From Minisyncoccia bacterium (GTDB lineage: Bacteria > Patescibacteriota > Minisyncoccia > Phycocordibacterales > UBA9973): a DNA stretch of 64,000 nt. Position numbers and translations under genes: made by a program. The stretch spans positions 580,291 through 644,290 of the forward strand of contig CBFHKH010000001.1 in NCBI GenBank assembly GCA_965656375.1. The letters run 5' to 3'. The notes beneath the pieces are model-generated. The model saw nothing but the letters and a program-made list of their open reading frames with translations. It ran no database searches and was not told the DNA's origin. Shown piece after piece: positions 47,083-56,911 of the stretch (the stretch's first letter is position 1; every line of letters begins with the position of its first letter).

Positions 47083-47826
47083 TTAGGAGAATACAACTTC
47101 AAGTGTGAAATTCCATGGTGATGGAAATGTATCTCCATATACCTGGCCATCATCAACTGGTAATCCTTTCTGAAAGCATGGAATATTAACAGCAAATAAA
47201 TAACCATTTTGTGAAACAAACCTATGATTTTTCTTTCTGGAATGAAGCAGGGGTCCACCTGATACTGTTTGGTTATTGATTACTTTTATTTCATTGTAAT
47301 CTTCCATGAAAATATTGCCTTTGTTCACCTGTATAAGTTCACCGTGTACAACTGAATAGCTGCCGTCTTGGTTCTTATAACAAAGTTGAATACAATTGCC
47401 TATTTCCTCATTCAACATCTCTCTCACTGCGGTAATGAAATTCTGGTATGATTGCAAATCTTTACCAATTTCAAAAAATTTCGGCATAGTTTCATATCCA
47501 GGTAAAATAGCAATTTCACCAAATGGATTATCAAACCTGATTGTTTTCTGTATTGGCAATTTTTGATCAGTAGTATCAAAATAGTCTCCGTAATAACTTA
47601 CTTTAAATTCATTCTGATTCTCACCCTTTTGTACATCAAAAAAATGAGTAATTTTTGGTTCAACAGAAAATCCAGTATCACTTAATCTGCCAAGATACAG
47701 ATCAATCGTTTTACTTTCATTTAATTTCATTTTTATTTCTTTAATCATCCTTTCGTAAAAAGGAGTAAAGGTGACAATACCGGCTTGTCCCGTTGTGTGA
47801 TAGTCAGGAAATGTTAACGGTTTCAT
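47083..47826 (-). CDS. hypothetical protein
   Basis: 247 aa, no recognised motifs. Confidence 0.4.
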   Translation of the reverse strand: MKPLTFPDYHTTGQAGIVTFTPFYERMIKEIKMKLNESKTIDLYLGRLSDTGFSVEPKITHFFDVQKGENQNEFKVSYYGDYFDTTDQKLPIQKTIRFDNPFGEIAILPGYETMPKFFEIGKDLQSYQNFITAVREMLNEEIGNCIQLCYKNQDGSYSVVHGELIQVNKGNIFMEDYNEIKVINNQTVSGGPLLHSRKKNHRFVSQNGYLFAVNIPCFQKGLPVDDGQVYGDTFPSPWNFTLEVVFS

Positions 47827-47926
47827 GATGTAACTTATTTTAAATTTTAAAGAATTGGGTTAGTTTGTTATCTTTGTTAGTCTTCACTGTATTACAAAAA
47901 GGGTTAATTGTCAATTCGAGATTTAC

Positions 47927-49309
47927 TTAGAGGAGAGGTTTGATTTCATCAAAAAGACTATTGATACGCTCTTTCGTTTTCGCTTCACCCATGAGGCGTA
48001 CGATTGGTTCTGTATTGGATGGACGTAGATGGATCCAAGAATTATCTTCAAAATCAAGTCTAAGTCCATCAAGTTCGTTGATAGTAGCAGTGTTGAAATG
48101 TTTTTTAATTTTCTCGTATGAGTTACTGATATCACCTGTAATCGGCATTTTATCTTTTCTCATTTCATATTTTGGAAGAGAAGCAACTACCTCACTAAGA
48201 GAAGTATTTTTTTGTCCGAGCAATTGCAAGATGAGCGCAATACTCGTGAAACTATCGCGCGCGGTATTGATAGTTGGATAAATGATTCCGCCACCGCCCT
48301 CACCTCCAATAACTGCGTTGTATTCTTTGATACCTGCTACGACATTTGGTTCACCGACTTTTGTTCTAATTACACTTCCTCCATATGTACTAGCAATATC
48401 AGCATTCATTTGTGATGTAGACATGTTGATAACAACAATTTTATCTTCGGCGGGAGAAGCAGTCATTTTTGAAAGAACGGCTTCGACACCAAGAGAAAGT
48501 GTGTACTCTTCAGAAAGCACTTCGCCATATTCATCGATCACTACGAGTCGGTCAGCATCAGGATCCTGTGCAAAGCCAATATCTGCGCCTCGGCTTTTTA
48601 CAAGAGCGGCAATTTCTGTGAGATTCTCTCGAAGGGGCTCCGGCATATGAGCAAACGCACCATTGGGGATATTGTTAAGGGGAATCAACTCAGCACCGAG
48701 CTGTTCAAACAAATATGGATCAAGCACACATGCAGATGCATTAATCATATCAACTGCGACTTTAAATTTGCGAGATCTAATTTTTTCAACATCAATATTT
48801 TTTATGATATGGTCAACATGTTCGGTTGCAAAATCAGGAATTGGTGTATTCCCCTTAGAATCAGAAACTGAGAAACGGTCTTGCTGTTCTGACTTTTCTT
48901 CACTACTGTATTTTTTAATTCTTTCTACTTGTTCTTTATCTATAAATAGTCCCTCATGGTTTACAAACTTGAGCCCGTTGTATTCGATAGGATTGTGGCT
49001 TGCGGTAATAATGATAGCGCCATCGTACTTGTGTGTACGAACAGCAAAGAGAACAGTAGGGGTTGGAAGAATATCGCCTACAATACAACTAACTCCGAGT
49101 CTTTCTAATTCGTTCCGCACGCCATCAAGAATTTCAGGTCCACTTTCTCTTCCATCACGAGCTAAAAGTATCGTTAGTGTAGTATTAGTATGTTCTGTTA
49201 GAGATTGTATATATGCACGTGCATACGCTATTGCAATCGGCACTGTTAGTGTTTCTCCCCATATTCCTCTATATCCAGAAACGGTAAGATTTGGTTTTTG
49301 TGATGACAT
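47927..49309 (-). CDS. alpha-D-phosphohexomutase (phosphoglucomutase/phosphomannomutase or GlmM-like)
   Basis: Active-site serine loop TASHNP (IIITASHNPIEYNGLKF), Mg loop FAQDPDADR and sugar-binding GGEGGGGII. Start placed at the internal MSSQKPNLTVSGYRG. Confidence 0.8.
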   Translation of the reverse strand: MSSQKPNLTVSGYRGIWGETLTVPIAIAYARAYIQSLTEHTNTTLTILLARDGRESGPEILDGVRNELERLGVSCIVGDILPTPTVLFAVRTHKYDGAIIITASHNPIEYNGLKFVNHEGLFIDKEQVERIKKYSSEEKSEQQDRFSVSDSKGNTPIPDFATEHVDHIIKNIDVEKIRSRKFKVAVDMINASACVLDPYLFEQLGAELIPLNNIPNGAFAHMPEPLRENLTEIAALVKSRGADIGFAQDPDADRLVVIDEYGEVLSEEYTLSLGVEAVLSKMTASPAEDKIVVINMSTSQMNADIASTYGGSVIRTKVGEPNVVAGIKEYNAVIGGEGGGGIIYPTINTARDSFTSIALILQLLGQKNTSLSEVVASLPKYEMRKDKMPITGDISNSYEKIKKHFNTATINELDGLRLDFEDNSWIHLRPSNTEPIVRLMGEAKTKERINSLFDEIKPLL

Positions 49310-49481
49310 ATTCACATAATAGCATTTTAACCTTCTCATTTCTCTCTTTATAAAACTCCCTATTTCTGCTATGCTTTCACTATTAATACGTAACACTGTT
49401 ATTCTCCAGACGGATAGAGTTGAAACCACTACATATCACTGTGTTTCAAAACTAGGGTCTGGGGATTAGCTCATATATAGT

Positions 49482-51605
49482 ATGCATAATAAAGAATATG
49501 AAGTAGAGATAGGCGGTAAAAAGATCACCGCAGTATTTAGCGATCTTGCAGACCAAGCCAATGGCTCAGTCATGCTCAAGTGTGATGGAACAGTCGTCAT
49601 GGCTACAGCAGTCATCTCGAGCGACGGAAGCAAGAATCCAGGATTCTTTAATCTAACCGTTGAGTATTTGGAAAAGTTCTATGCTGCAGGCAAGATCCTC
49701 GGTAGTCAGTTCATGAGAAGAGAGGGTCGTCCATCTGATCAAGCAATTCTCGCTGCTCGTATGACAGACCGTACGATCAGACCGCTATTTGATCACCATA
49801 TAAAGAACGCAGTTCAGGTAATCATCTCAGTCCTTGCGATCGGAAAAGCTGATCCAAAAACACTCGCAGTCAACGCAGCATCGATCGCGATTCATGTATC
49901 CGATATCCCATGGAAGGGACCAGTTGGTGCAGTTCATGTGAGTAAAACAAAAGAGAATCCAACAATCAAAATCAATGACTACATTCCGAATGCTGATGAA
50001 CCAGTCTATACACTTGATCTTCTCGTCTGCGGAAAGGACCAGACCATAAACATGATCGAAGCAATGGCGTTTGAACTCTCTGAAGATGAGATGGGTACAT
50101 GCTTTGATATGGCAGTCGCTGAGATCTCGAAATGGGAAGCATTCCAAGAAACGCTCCGCAAGGAACTTGGAAAAGAAAAACTGTCATTCCCGAAAGTAGA
50201 AGTACCGAGTGAAGTAATCTCACTTTTTGAAGAAAAGATTCAACCAATGCTTGAAAAAGGATTATTCAGTAAAGACGGCAAGAAAATAACAGCTGAAGCA
50301 GAGCTTCTCTGGAAAGCAATGATTGATGAGAAGTATGAAGCATATGATGAGAAAGACAGATTCGTCGCTCATGACTATATGCACCACTATCTCGATAATG
50401 CATTCCATACAAATGCGATCGAAAAAAACGCACGTGCAGATGGCCGTGCTCTTGATGAAGTGCGCGGACTTTACGCAAAAGCAGGAGGTATTTCAGATGT
50501 GCTTCATGGCTCAGGCATTTTCTACCGAGGAGAGACTCATGTGCTCTCAGTACTTACTCTTGCTGGCCCTGAATCAATGCACACCATAGATGGTATAGAA
50601 TTTTCTGCAAAGAAGCGCTTCATGCATCACTACAATTTCCCTCCATACTCAAGCGGAGAAACTGGTCGCGTCGGCGGTCTCAATCGCAGAGAAATGGGTC
50701 ACGGATTTCTTGTAGAAAAAGCACTTACTCCGGTCATCCCTGATAAAATCTCATTCCCGTATACGATCCGTGTTGTTTCAGAATCTGTCGCTTCAAATGG
50801 TTCTACATCTCAAGCATCAATCTGTGCATCAACTGTTGCACTCATGGATGGTGGTGTACCGATCAAGACGCCAGTTGCCGGAATTTCTATCGGTGCGATG
50901 ATTGATACAACTGATAAGAATAAATATGTACTTCTCTCTGATATCCAAGGTCCGGAAGATCACTATGGTGATATGGATTTCAAAGTAGCAGGTACTAAAG
51001 ATGGAATCACTGCGATACAGCTAGATGTAAAAGTCGACGGTATTAAAGCATCTATTTTGAAAGAAGCACTTCTACGTGCAAAAGCTGCTCGTCTGAAAAT
51101 TCTCGAAACTATCACGAGCGAGCTTGCTACTCCGCGTCTCTCTATCTCTCCAAATGCACCGATGATCCTCGTCGTGAAAATCAAGAAAGATCAGATCGGT
51201 ATGGTTATTGGTCCAGGAGGCAAGAATGTAAATGCAATTCGTGAAGAAACAGGTGCCGAGATTACTATCGAAGAAGATGGAACAGTCTTCATTACTGGCA
51301 AGAACGGCGGAGCAGAAAAGGCAAAAAAGATCATCGAAGACATGACCCATGAGTACAAAGTAGGAGATGTTGCAGAAGGTGAGGTCGTGAAACTCATGGA
51401 CTTTGGAGCATTTGTTAAAATTGCAGCTGGAACTGAAGGGCTCGTTCATGTATCAGAAATTGCGCCGTTCCGCGTTGAAAGAGTTTCTGATATCCTTAAA
51501 GAAGGCGATAGAGTTCCAGTAAAGATAATTAAACTTGATGAAAAGGGGCGCTTGAACCTATCGATCAAAGAAGCAAACAAAGAATTCTTCAAACCAAAAG
51601 CATAG
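49482..51605 (+). CDS. pnp: polynucleotide phosphorylase
   Basis: 707 aa. Two RNase PH domains, KH (IGMVIGPGGKNVNAIREETGAEI) and S1 (GDVAEGEVVKLMDFGAFV). Confidence 0.9.
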   Translation: MHNKEYEVEIGGKKITAVFSDLADQANGSVMLKCDGTVVMATAVISSDGSKNPGFFNLTVEYLEKFYAAGKILGSQFMRREGRPSDQAILAARMTDRTIRPLFDHHIKNAVQVIISVLAIGKADPKTLAVNAASIAIHVSDIPWKGPVGAVHVSKTKENPTIKINDYIPNADEPVYTLDLLVCGKDQTINMIEAMAFELSEDEMGTCFDMAVAEISKWEAFQETLRKELGKEKLSFPKVEVPSEVISLFEEKIQPMLEKGLFSKDGKKITAEAELLWKAMIDEKYEAYDEKDRFVAHDYMHHYLDNAFHTNAIEKNARADGRALDEVRGLYAKAGGISDVLHGSGIFYRGETHVLSVLTLAGPESMHTIDGIEFSAKKRFMHHYNFPPYSSGETGRVGGLNRREMGHGFLVEKALTPVIPDKISFPYTIRVVSESVASNGSTSQASICASTVALMDGGVPIKTPVAGISIGAMIDTTDKNKYVLLSDIQGPEDHYGDMDFKVAGTKDGITAIQLDVKVDGIKASILKEALLRAKAARLKILETITSELATPRLSISPNAPMILVVKIKKDQIGMVIGPGGKNVNAIREETGAEITIEEDGTVFITGKNGGAEKAKKIIEDMTHEYKVGDVAEGEVVKLMDFGAFVKIAAGTEGLVHVSEIAPFRVERVSDILKEGDRVPVKIIKLDEKGRLNLSIKEANKEFFKPKA

Positions 51606-51614
51606 CTACATCGT

Positions 51615-52514
51615 ATGGATGAGAACAAGAATCAACCAATAAAAGAAAATATCAAGACAATTCATACATATTCATCTGATATGGCAGACGCTGTGCGTAT
51701 CAATGAAGCATCAGTAATAAAGATAGCCTTGGCTGAACAAGCAAAGAAAGAACGCGAAGCTCTCTATAAAAAAGCTGAGGGATCAAATGGATCAAAAGTT
51801 CTCATGCTTTTGGGCGGACTAATCCTGATTGGAGCGGCAATCGGTGGAGCATATTATTTCGCCAATAAAAAGAAGATCGAGAATACTCCAGTAGAAACGA
51901 AAAAGAATATCGAAGCACTTATCTCATATGATGATCAAGCATTCCTCGATATGACAAGTGCAACAAGTGCTATCGATGCTGCAAATATCATACAGACAGA
52001 AGTGAAAAAGGAAGGGAAGGCGGGCCAGATCAAATCACTTTTCCTTACTCATACCATAACTGGTAAACCAGAACTTGTCGGACTCGAGAATTTCATTTCT
52101 CTCATACGAATCACTGCTCCTTCATCCCTTATTCGATCGCTTACTGATGAGTATATGGTCGGCACCTATCAAGGGGTAGGTACAGGCGCACGATCTCATC
52201 TTTTCCTTGTATTTCAGACAAAAGATTACAATCAGTCATATGCAGGGATGCTCGGCTGGGAACGTACGATGTTCGATGACTTATTTACCCTATTTAATAT
52301 AGATATAACAGAGAATCGAACCGATATTTTTGAAACTCCATGGAAAGACACCTTGATCAACAACAAGGATGCCCGTGTGCTCTATGACAAAAAAGGCACT
52401 CCTCTCCTTTACTATATTTTCTTCACTAAAGATGCCTTTATCATCACCGATGACGAAAATACAATAAAAGAAGTAGGGGGTCGTTTGCTTACCAAACAGA
52501 TAAAACCATTATAA
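51615..52514 (+). CDS. hypothetical single-pass membrane protein
   Basis: 299 aa. One TM helix (VLMLLGGLILIGAAIGGAYYF) near the N-terminus. Confidence 0.45.
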   Translation: MDENKNQPIKENIKTIHTYSSDMADAVRINEASVIKIALAEQAKKEREALYKKAEGSNGSKVLMLLGGLILIGAAIGGAYYFANKKKIENTPVETKKNIEALISYDDQAFLDMTSATSAIDAANIIQTEVKKEGKAGQIKSLFLTHTITGKPELVGLENFISLIRITAPSSLIRSLTDEYMVGTYQGVGTGARSHLFLVFQTKDYNQSYAGMLGWERTMFDDLFTLFNIDITENRTDIFETPWKDTLINNKDARVLYDKKGTPLLYYIFFTKDAFIITDDENTIKEVGGRLLTKQIKPL

Positions 52515-52550
52515 GATTGCCATTTATTGTAGTAATGATAGTATACAAGT

Positions 52551-52919
52551 ATGAATACAGAAGATAACAAGAAAAAATTAGAGGAAGAAAAGAAGGTTCT
52601 CGAGGGTGAGCTTTCTTCAATCGGACGAGTAAACGAAACAACTGGCGAATGGGAAGCAATTCCAGAAGAACAGAGTGCGCCCGAAGCTGATCAGAACGAT
52701 CTTTCAGATCGTGCAGAGGGCTATGAAGAGCGATCAAGCCTGCTTGCAACTCTCGAGATGCGACTTCTAGATATCAATCACGCACTCACAAATATAGAGA
52801 GTGGAGCATATGGCGTATGCGAAGCATGCGGAGCTCCGATTGAAGAAGATCGATTGGAAGCAAATCCAGCTGCACGAACATGTAAAGCATGCATGGAAAA
52901 AATAAATCCTGCGATTTAG
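52551..52919 (+). CDS. DksA/TraR-family C4 zinc-finger protein
   Basis: 122 aa. Coiled-coil N-terminus and C-terminal C-x2-C-x17-C-x2-C (CEACGAPIEEDRLEANPAARTCKAC). Confidence 0.6.
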   Translation: MNTEDNKKKLEEEKKVLEGELSSIGRVNETTGEWEAIPEEQSAPEADQNDLSDRAEGYEERSSLLATLEMRLLDINHALTNIESGAYGVCEACGAPIEEDRLEANPAARTCKACMEKINPAI

Positions 52920-52960
52920 GAAAACTTTAATATAAAAGGGTATCATAAAAATGAGGACAT

Positions 52961-54550
52961 ATGTCCTCATTTTTATCTATGTCATTTTCACGAATCTATT
53001 CCGCACAAACACACCTCTTGAAAGGAAAAATTGTTACCGTTGAAGTTGATATTACTAAAAACACACTTCACGCATTTACACTTGTCGGGCTTCCTGACAA
53101 AGCTGTCGATGAATCAAAAGACCGAATGAGTTCAGCACTCAAGAATTCCGGCTTTGCTTCACCCAAAAATCAAAATCAGAAAATAGTGATTTCGCTCTCA
53201 CCAGCTGATCTGAAAAAAGAAGGTCCGTATTTTGACCTGGCAATTGCTCTTTCGTATTTACTCTCGGCTAGTGAGATAGATTTCCATACAGAAGGACGGA
53301 TATTTCTTGGAGAATTATCACTCAACGGTGAACTCCAACCGATCAAGGGTGCACTGCCACTTGCTCAAGAGGCTAAACGACTTGGGTACACGGAAATATT
53401 TGTCCCCATAGCAAATAGTGAGGAAGCAGCTCTTGTCGAAGGTATTACCGTTTATGGTGCACGCTCACTGAAAGAAGTCATCGATCATATTTACAAAATC
53501 AAGCGCGACAAAAAAGGAAATGCCTTGGAACCTGAGAGGCAAAAGCTTATACCTGTGCCTAAAACGATCATCAAGATAGAAGCAAAAACACATGATATCG
53601 ATTTTTCCGATATACGCGGACAGGAGGGAGCAAAGCGGGGACTCGAAATCGCTGCAGCCGGCGGACATAATATCGCTATGTCAGGACCTCCAGGCACAGG
53701 AAAAACTATGCTTGCCAGGGTTTTTTCTCACATTTTACCTGATCTTTCAATGGACGAAATCCTCGAGATCACCGGAATCCACTCCATCGTAGGACTGCTT
53801 GATGAGAAGCTTATAACCGACTCACCGTTTCGAGCACCGCATCATACCGCAAGCTATGTCTCGATGATTGGTGGTGGCGTACATCCAAAACCAGGAGAAG
53901 TAACGCTTGCACATCGAGGTGTACTCTTTCTCGATGAATTTCCAGAATTTGAAAAACGAGTACTCGAATCCTTGCGTCAGCCTCTCGAAGATAATATTGT
54001 CTCTATTTCTCGCGCTCGAGGATCAGCGATATTTCCATCGAACTTCATTCTCATTGCTGCTATGAATCCTTGTCCGTGCGGCAACAAGGGAAACAAGCAA
54101 AAAGCCTGCCTATGTAAACCAGGCGATCTCGATCGATATGTGCGAAAGCTTTCAGGTCCGATCATGGACCGTATCGATATATGGGTGACTGTTAGCACTG
54201 TTGATTATGACAAGCTTTCTAGAACCGAACAAATAGGAACTACAACACAAACAATCAAAGAAAGAGTTAAAGATGCAAGAGATATTCAATTAAGACGATT
54301 CAAGGGTTCAACACGGAGTATACGCACAAATAGCGAGATGAATGTAAAAGACCTCGCACACTATGCGCCCCTTGAACCAGATGTAAAGAAGCTTTTGAAT
54401 GATTCAGCAGAACGATTGCAACTTTCCGCTCGTGCATATCACCGCGTTATCAAGCTCGCCCGCACAATTGCCGATCTTGAAGGTAGTGAATTAATCAACG
54501 CTTCACATATCCTCGAAGCGCTCCAATATCGCCCAAGAGCTCAGAATTAA
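52961..54550 (+). CDS. comM: YifB/ComM-family Mg-chelatase-like AAA+ ATPase
   Basis: 529 aa. N-terminal Lon-protease-like domain, Walker A GPPGTGKT, Walker B VLFLDEFPEF, then a C-terminal helical domain. Confidence 0.85.
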   Translation: MSSFLSMSFSRIYSAQTHLLKGKIVTVEVDITKNTLHAFTLVGLPDKAVDESKDRMSSALKNSGFASPKNQNQKIVISLSPADLKKEGPYFDLAIALSYLLSASEIDFHTEGRIFLGELSLNGELQPIKGALPLAQEAKRLGYTEIFVPIANSEEAALVEGITVYGARSLKEVIDHIYKIKRDKKGNALEPERQKLIPVPKTIIKIEAKTHDIDFSDIRGQEGAKRGLEIAAAGGHNIAMSGPPGTGKTMLARVFSHILPDLSMDEILEITGIHSIVGLLDEKLITDSPFRAPHHTASYVSMIGGGVHPKPGEVTLAHRGVLFLDEFPEFEKRVLESLRQPLEDNIVSISRARGSAIFPSNFILIAAMNPCPCGNKGNKQKACLCKPGDLDRYVRKLSGPIMDRIDIWVTVSTVDYDKLSRTEQIGTTTQTIKERVKDARDIQLRRFKGSTRSIRTNSEMNVKDLAHYAPLEPDVKKLLNDSAERLQLSARAYHRVIKLARTIADLEGSELINASHILEALQYRPRAQN

Positions 54551-54582
54551 ATATATATCATCATCCTAAGCGATAGCACACA

Positions 54583-55059
54583 ATGATGACACTATCAGAA
54601 AAAATATTAATACTTTTAAATACAAAAAATTCTAGATATAAAGGAGTTCCAATAAACATCTTTGGATTGCCCGTATTCCAAGAATACAACAAAAGGTCAG
54701 TCAGAAACGCTTTTTCAAAACTTCGTTCGAAAAACTTAATAGTATATTATGGTTCATCGGTGAAAATAACAAAAAATGGAGAAAAGTATCTCAAAAGAAG
54801 GAGTGCTCTTTTTGAGACTTTTGAATCTCCGTATAAAGATAATGAAGAAAAGAATTTATTAGTCTTATTTGATATTCCGGAAGGGCGCAAGGCTGAGCGA
54901 GAATGGTTTAGGAGACATTTAAGAATACGATATGATTCAGAAAAGTGTCTGGGTTGGTCCATCACCCCTTCCAAAAGAATTTGTTGTATATATAAAGAAA
55001 ATAAAATTGGAGGATTCTATAAAAACTTTCAAGCTTGCAAGGTCATACAACACAAATAA
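54583..55059 (+). CDS. PaaX-like putative transcriptional regulator (winged helix plus PaaX middle-domain-like segment)
   Basis: 158 aa. The central segment KNLLVLFDIPEGRKAEREWFRRHLRIRYDSEKCLGWSITPS resembles the PaaX middle domain (W.LL.L....K....K..L...GFG.L..S). This is a comparison from memory. Confidence 0.35.
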   Translation: MMTLSEKILILLNTKNSRYKGVPINIFGLPVFQEYNKRSVRNAFSKLRSKNLIVYYGSSVKITKNGEKYLKRRSALFETFESPYKDNEEKNLLVLFDIPEGRKAEREWFRRHLRIRYDSEKCLGWSITPSKRICCIYKENKIGGFYKNFQACKVIQHK

Positions 55060-55103
55060 AATATCATCAGTGTAAGCGACCGCTTACACTGATGATCATT
55101 GTG

Positions 55104-55913
55104 TCAGATAGTTTCATTTAATCTTTTTGATTCTGCCCATGCAAGCTCATAGATCTTTTTCATAGCATCGGCAATTTCGGCAGATTCAATGATGATTCCA
55201 AGCTTTTCACGCCATGATGCAATCATTACTTTATTATCATAGATATTTATCTCGGGATGGAACCCATATGTATCAGGAACGATGAGCGATTTGCGCATTT
55301 CCTCTGTATCAAGACTCGCTCGCTCCCGAGCATCAGCTGAATTAGGAAATATAGCTCTGATCGAAATCCCTTTTTTCGCTCGTCGTTTGTAATATTCAGG
55401 GAAATAATGAGGCAGAGTCGGCTGTATATCTTCTACACTTGCATAAGCAAGGATTTCCTCAGTCGAACTCAACGTATCTTCGTAGACTGTCTCTAAGCCA
55501 TCTTTGCCTTCATAAAATTTAATCTTTGGTCGATTATCCTTATTGTGGATTGATATTAGCTCAGGAATTATTTCTTTTGCTTGTGTAAGTGCAGAAGTGT
55601 ACTCTTTTATTTTTTCTTGCAGGATTTTCTCGATATTCTCTGGAGATTCTGCAGTATACTCCTGTTTCGGCTCTTTACCGGATGTACGAACAAGTTTTTT
55701 AAGTTCAAGAGAGGCAAGCACATGGTAGGCAGTAGGGCGATTGATGCCTGCTTTACGAGCAATCTCTGTTACAGTACCTTTTCCAAGTTCAAGTAATGCT
55801 AAATAGACTTCAATTTCTTTTTCCGAGAAACCGATACTTAGAAGACTTTTTTTGATATTGAATTGGGTATTTTCCATATAATCCATTATATTCAAACTAC
55901 TGAAATCTGTCAA
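55104..55913 (-). CDS. TrmB-family transcriptional regulator
   Basis: 269 aa. N-terminal winged HTH (LSIGFSEKEIEVYLALLELGKGTVTEIARKAGINRPTAYHVLASLELKKLV), then a TrmB C-terminal effector-like domain. Confidence 0.55.
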   Translation of the reverse strand: MTDFSSLNIMDYMENTQFNIKKSLLSIGFSEKEIEVYLALLELGKGTVTEIARKAGINRPTAYHVLASLELKKLVRTSGKEPKQEYTAESPENIEKILQEKIKEYTSALTQAKEIIPELISIHNKDNRPKIKFYEGKDGLETVYEDTLSSTEEILAYASVEDIQPTLPHYFPEYYKRRAKKGISIRAIFPNSADARERASLDTEEMRKSLIVPDTYGFHPEINIYDNKVMIASWREKLGIIIESAEIADAMKKIYELAWAESKRLNETI

Positions 55914-55992
55914 TATCTATCAACAAAATAAGTATAATTTAATTATAACATTAAGAAATATAGTAAATTATTAATATTATTGATCATATATA

Positions 55993-56021
55993 TTGACAGA
56001 TAAAGCCTAGTCTGCTATACT
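55993..56021 (+). promoter_or_regulatory. sigma70-like promoter for gene 56109-56480
   Basis: TTGACA, 17-nt spacer, TGCTATACT. Same layout and TGC-extended -10 as the rpsZ and rpsS promoters. Confidence 0.5.
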
Positions 56022-56047
56022 ATGAAAAGAAATGATCCTTAAGAAAA

Positions 56048-56101
56048 GTTTTAATTGGTTGCCCGGGGTAATTCTAGAAACCCCGATTAACCAATTAAAA
56101 C
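56048..56101 (+). promoter_or_regulatory. nested inverted repeat in a 5' leader / divergent intergenic region (candidate operator or structured leader)
   Basis: Outer perfect 13-bp arms gttttaattggtt / aaccaattaaaac enclose an inner cgggg / ccccg hairpin. It ends 8 nt before the ATG at 56109 and sits between the predicted promoter and the start codon. Confidence 0.45.
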
Positions 56102-56108
56102 TTAAAAA

Positions 56109-56480
56109 ATGAAAAAATTAGTTTTCTTCGTGCTTACTATTATTATAGTGAGCTGCAACTCAAAAACAGAATCAACAGATTCTAAAGAAGATATCTCAAA
56201 ATGGCAGATATATGTAAGTCCTATAAAACATCATATGCCTGATGGATTGAGTACATATGAAGTATATAGATGCCAGCATTGTAATTCTGAAGAATCAATG
56301 GATCAGGTTGTAGAAAAAGAGATAGATAAATTAGTGATCAGAATTGATTCTCTGTGGAGTTCACAAAAAAAGACAGCACTGCGGCAGTTACCACTTTTGC
56401 AAAGCAAGCTTGATGGCTTACGATATGAGCAAGCACTCATCAACCAAGCTATCGCAGATTTTAAGAAAAGTGAATACTAA
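56109..56480 (+). CDS. putative lipoprotein
   Basis: 123 aa. MKKLVFFVLTIIIVSC lipobox-like signal. Confidence 0.5.
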   Translation: MKKLVFFVLTIIIVSCNSKTESTDSKEDISKWQIYVSPIKHHMPDGLSTYEVYRCQHCNSEESMDQVVEKEIDKLVIRIDSLWSSQKKTALRQLPLLQSKLDGLRYEQALINQAIADFKKSEY

Positions 56481-56512
56481 TCTTATTGTTCTTTTTATTA
56501 AAAGCTTAAAAA

Positions 56513-56824
56513 ATGAAAACAGAAAACAATTTGACTTTCACGCTAAAAAGTAGAAAAGCTTTCAATCGCTGGAAAAGAGTTGTGAAGAATGATCCTAATC
56601 TCCAAGAAGTTCTTGAGGAAACTATCAAATGGGGTTCCTTAATGGAAAGAAGAATTAGAAAAGGATGGTGGAGTCTATGTACCAGTGAAACTTTTGAAAA
56701 AACAGAGCTTGCAAAAACCTATATGGGATTTTTGGCACCTGCAATTTTGATTGAATGCTGGAAATATAGCGGTCGCTTATTTTCAAAAGGGGAAGAGCCG
56801 TTGAATATTAAATTTGAAGATTAA
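56513..56824 (+). CDS. hypothetical protein
   Basis: 103 aa, basic, no motifs. Confidence 0.4.
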   Translation: MKTENNLTFTLKSRKAFNRWKRVVKNDPNLQEVLEETIKWGSLMERRIRKGWWSLCTSETFEKTELAKTYMGFLAPAILIECWKYSGRLFSKGEEPLNIKFED

Positions 56825-56831
56825 TTTTTTG

Positions 56832-56868
56832 AACATAGAAAGAGTTATAAAAAAATTCTTTCTATGTT
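56832..56868 (+). terminator. terminator-like hairpin after gene 56513-56824
   Basis: Perfect 11-bp IR aacatagaaag / ctttctatgtt with a 15-nt A-rich loop, followed by ttttat. Confidence 0.5.
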
Positions 56869-56911
56869 TTATAAAGTTAATAAGAGGTATATTATTAATT
56901 AAGTAAGAAAT

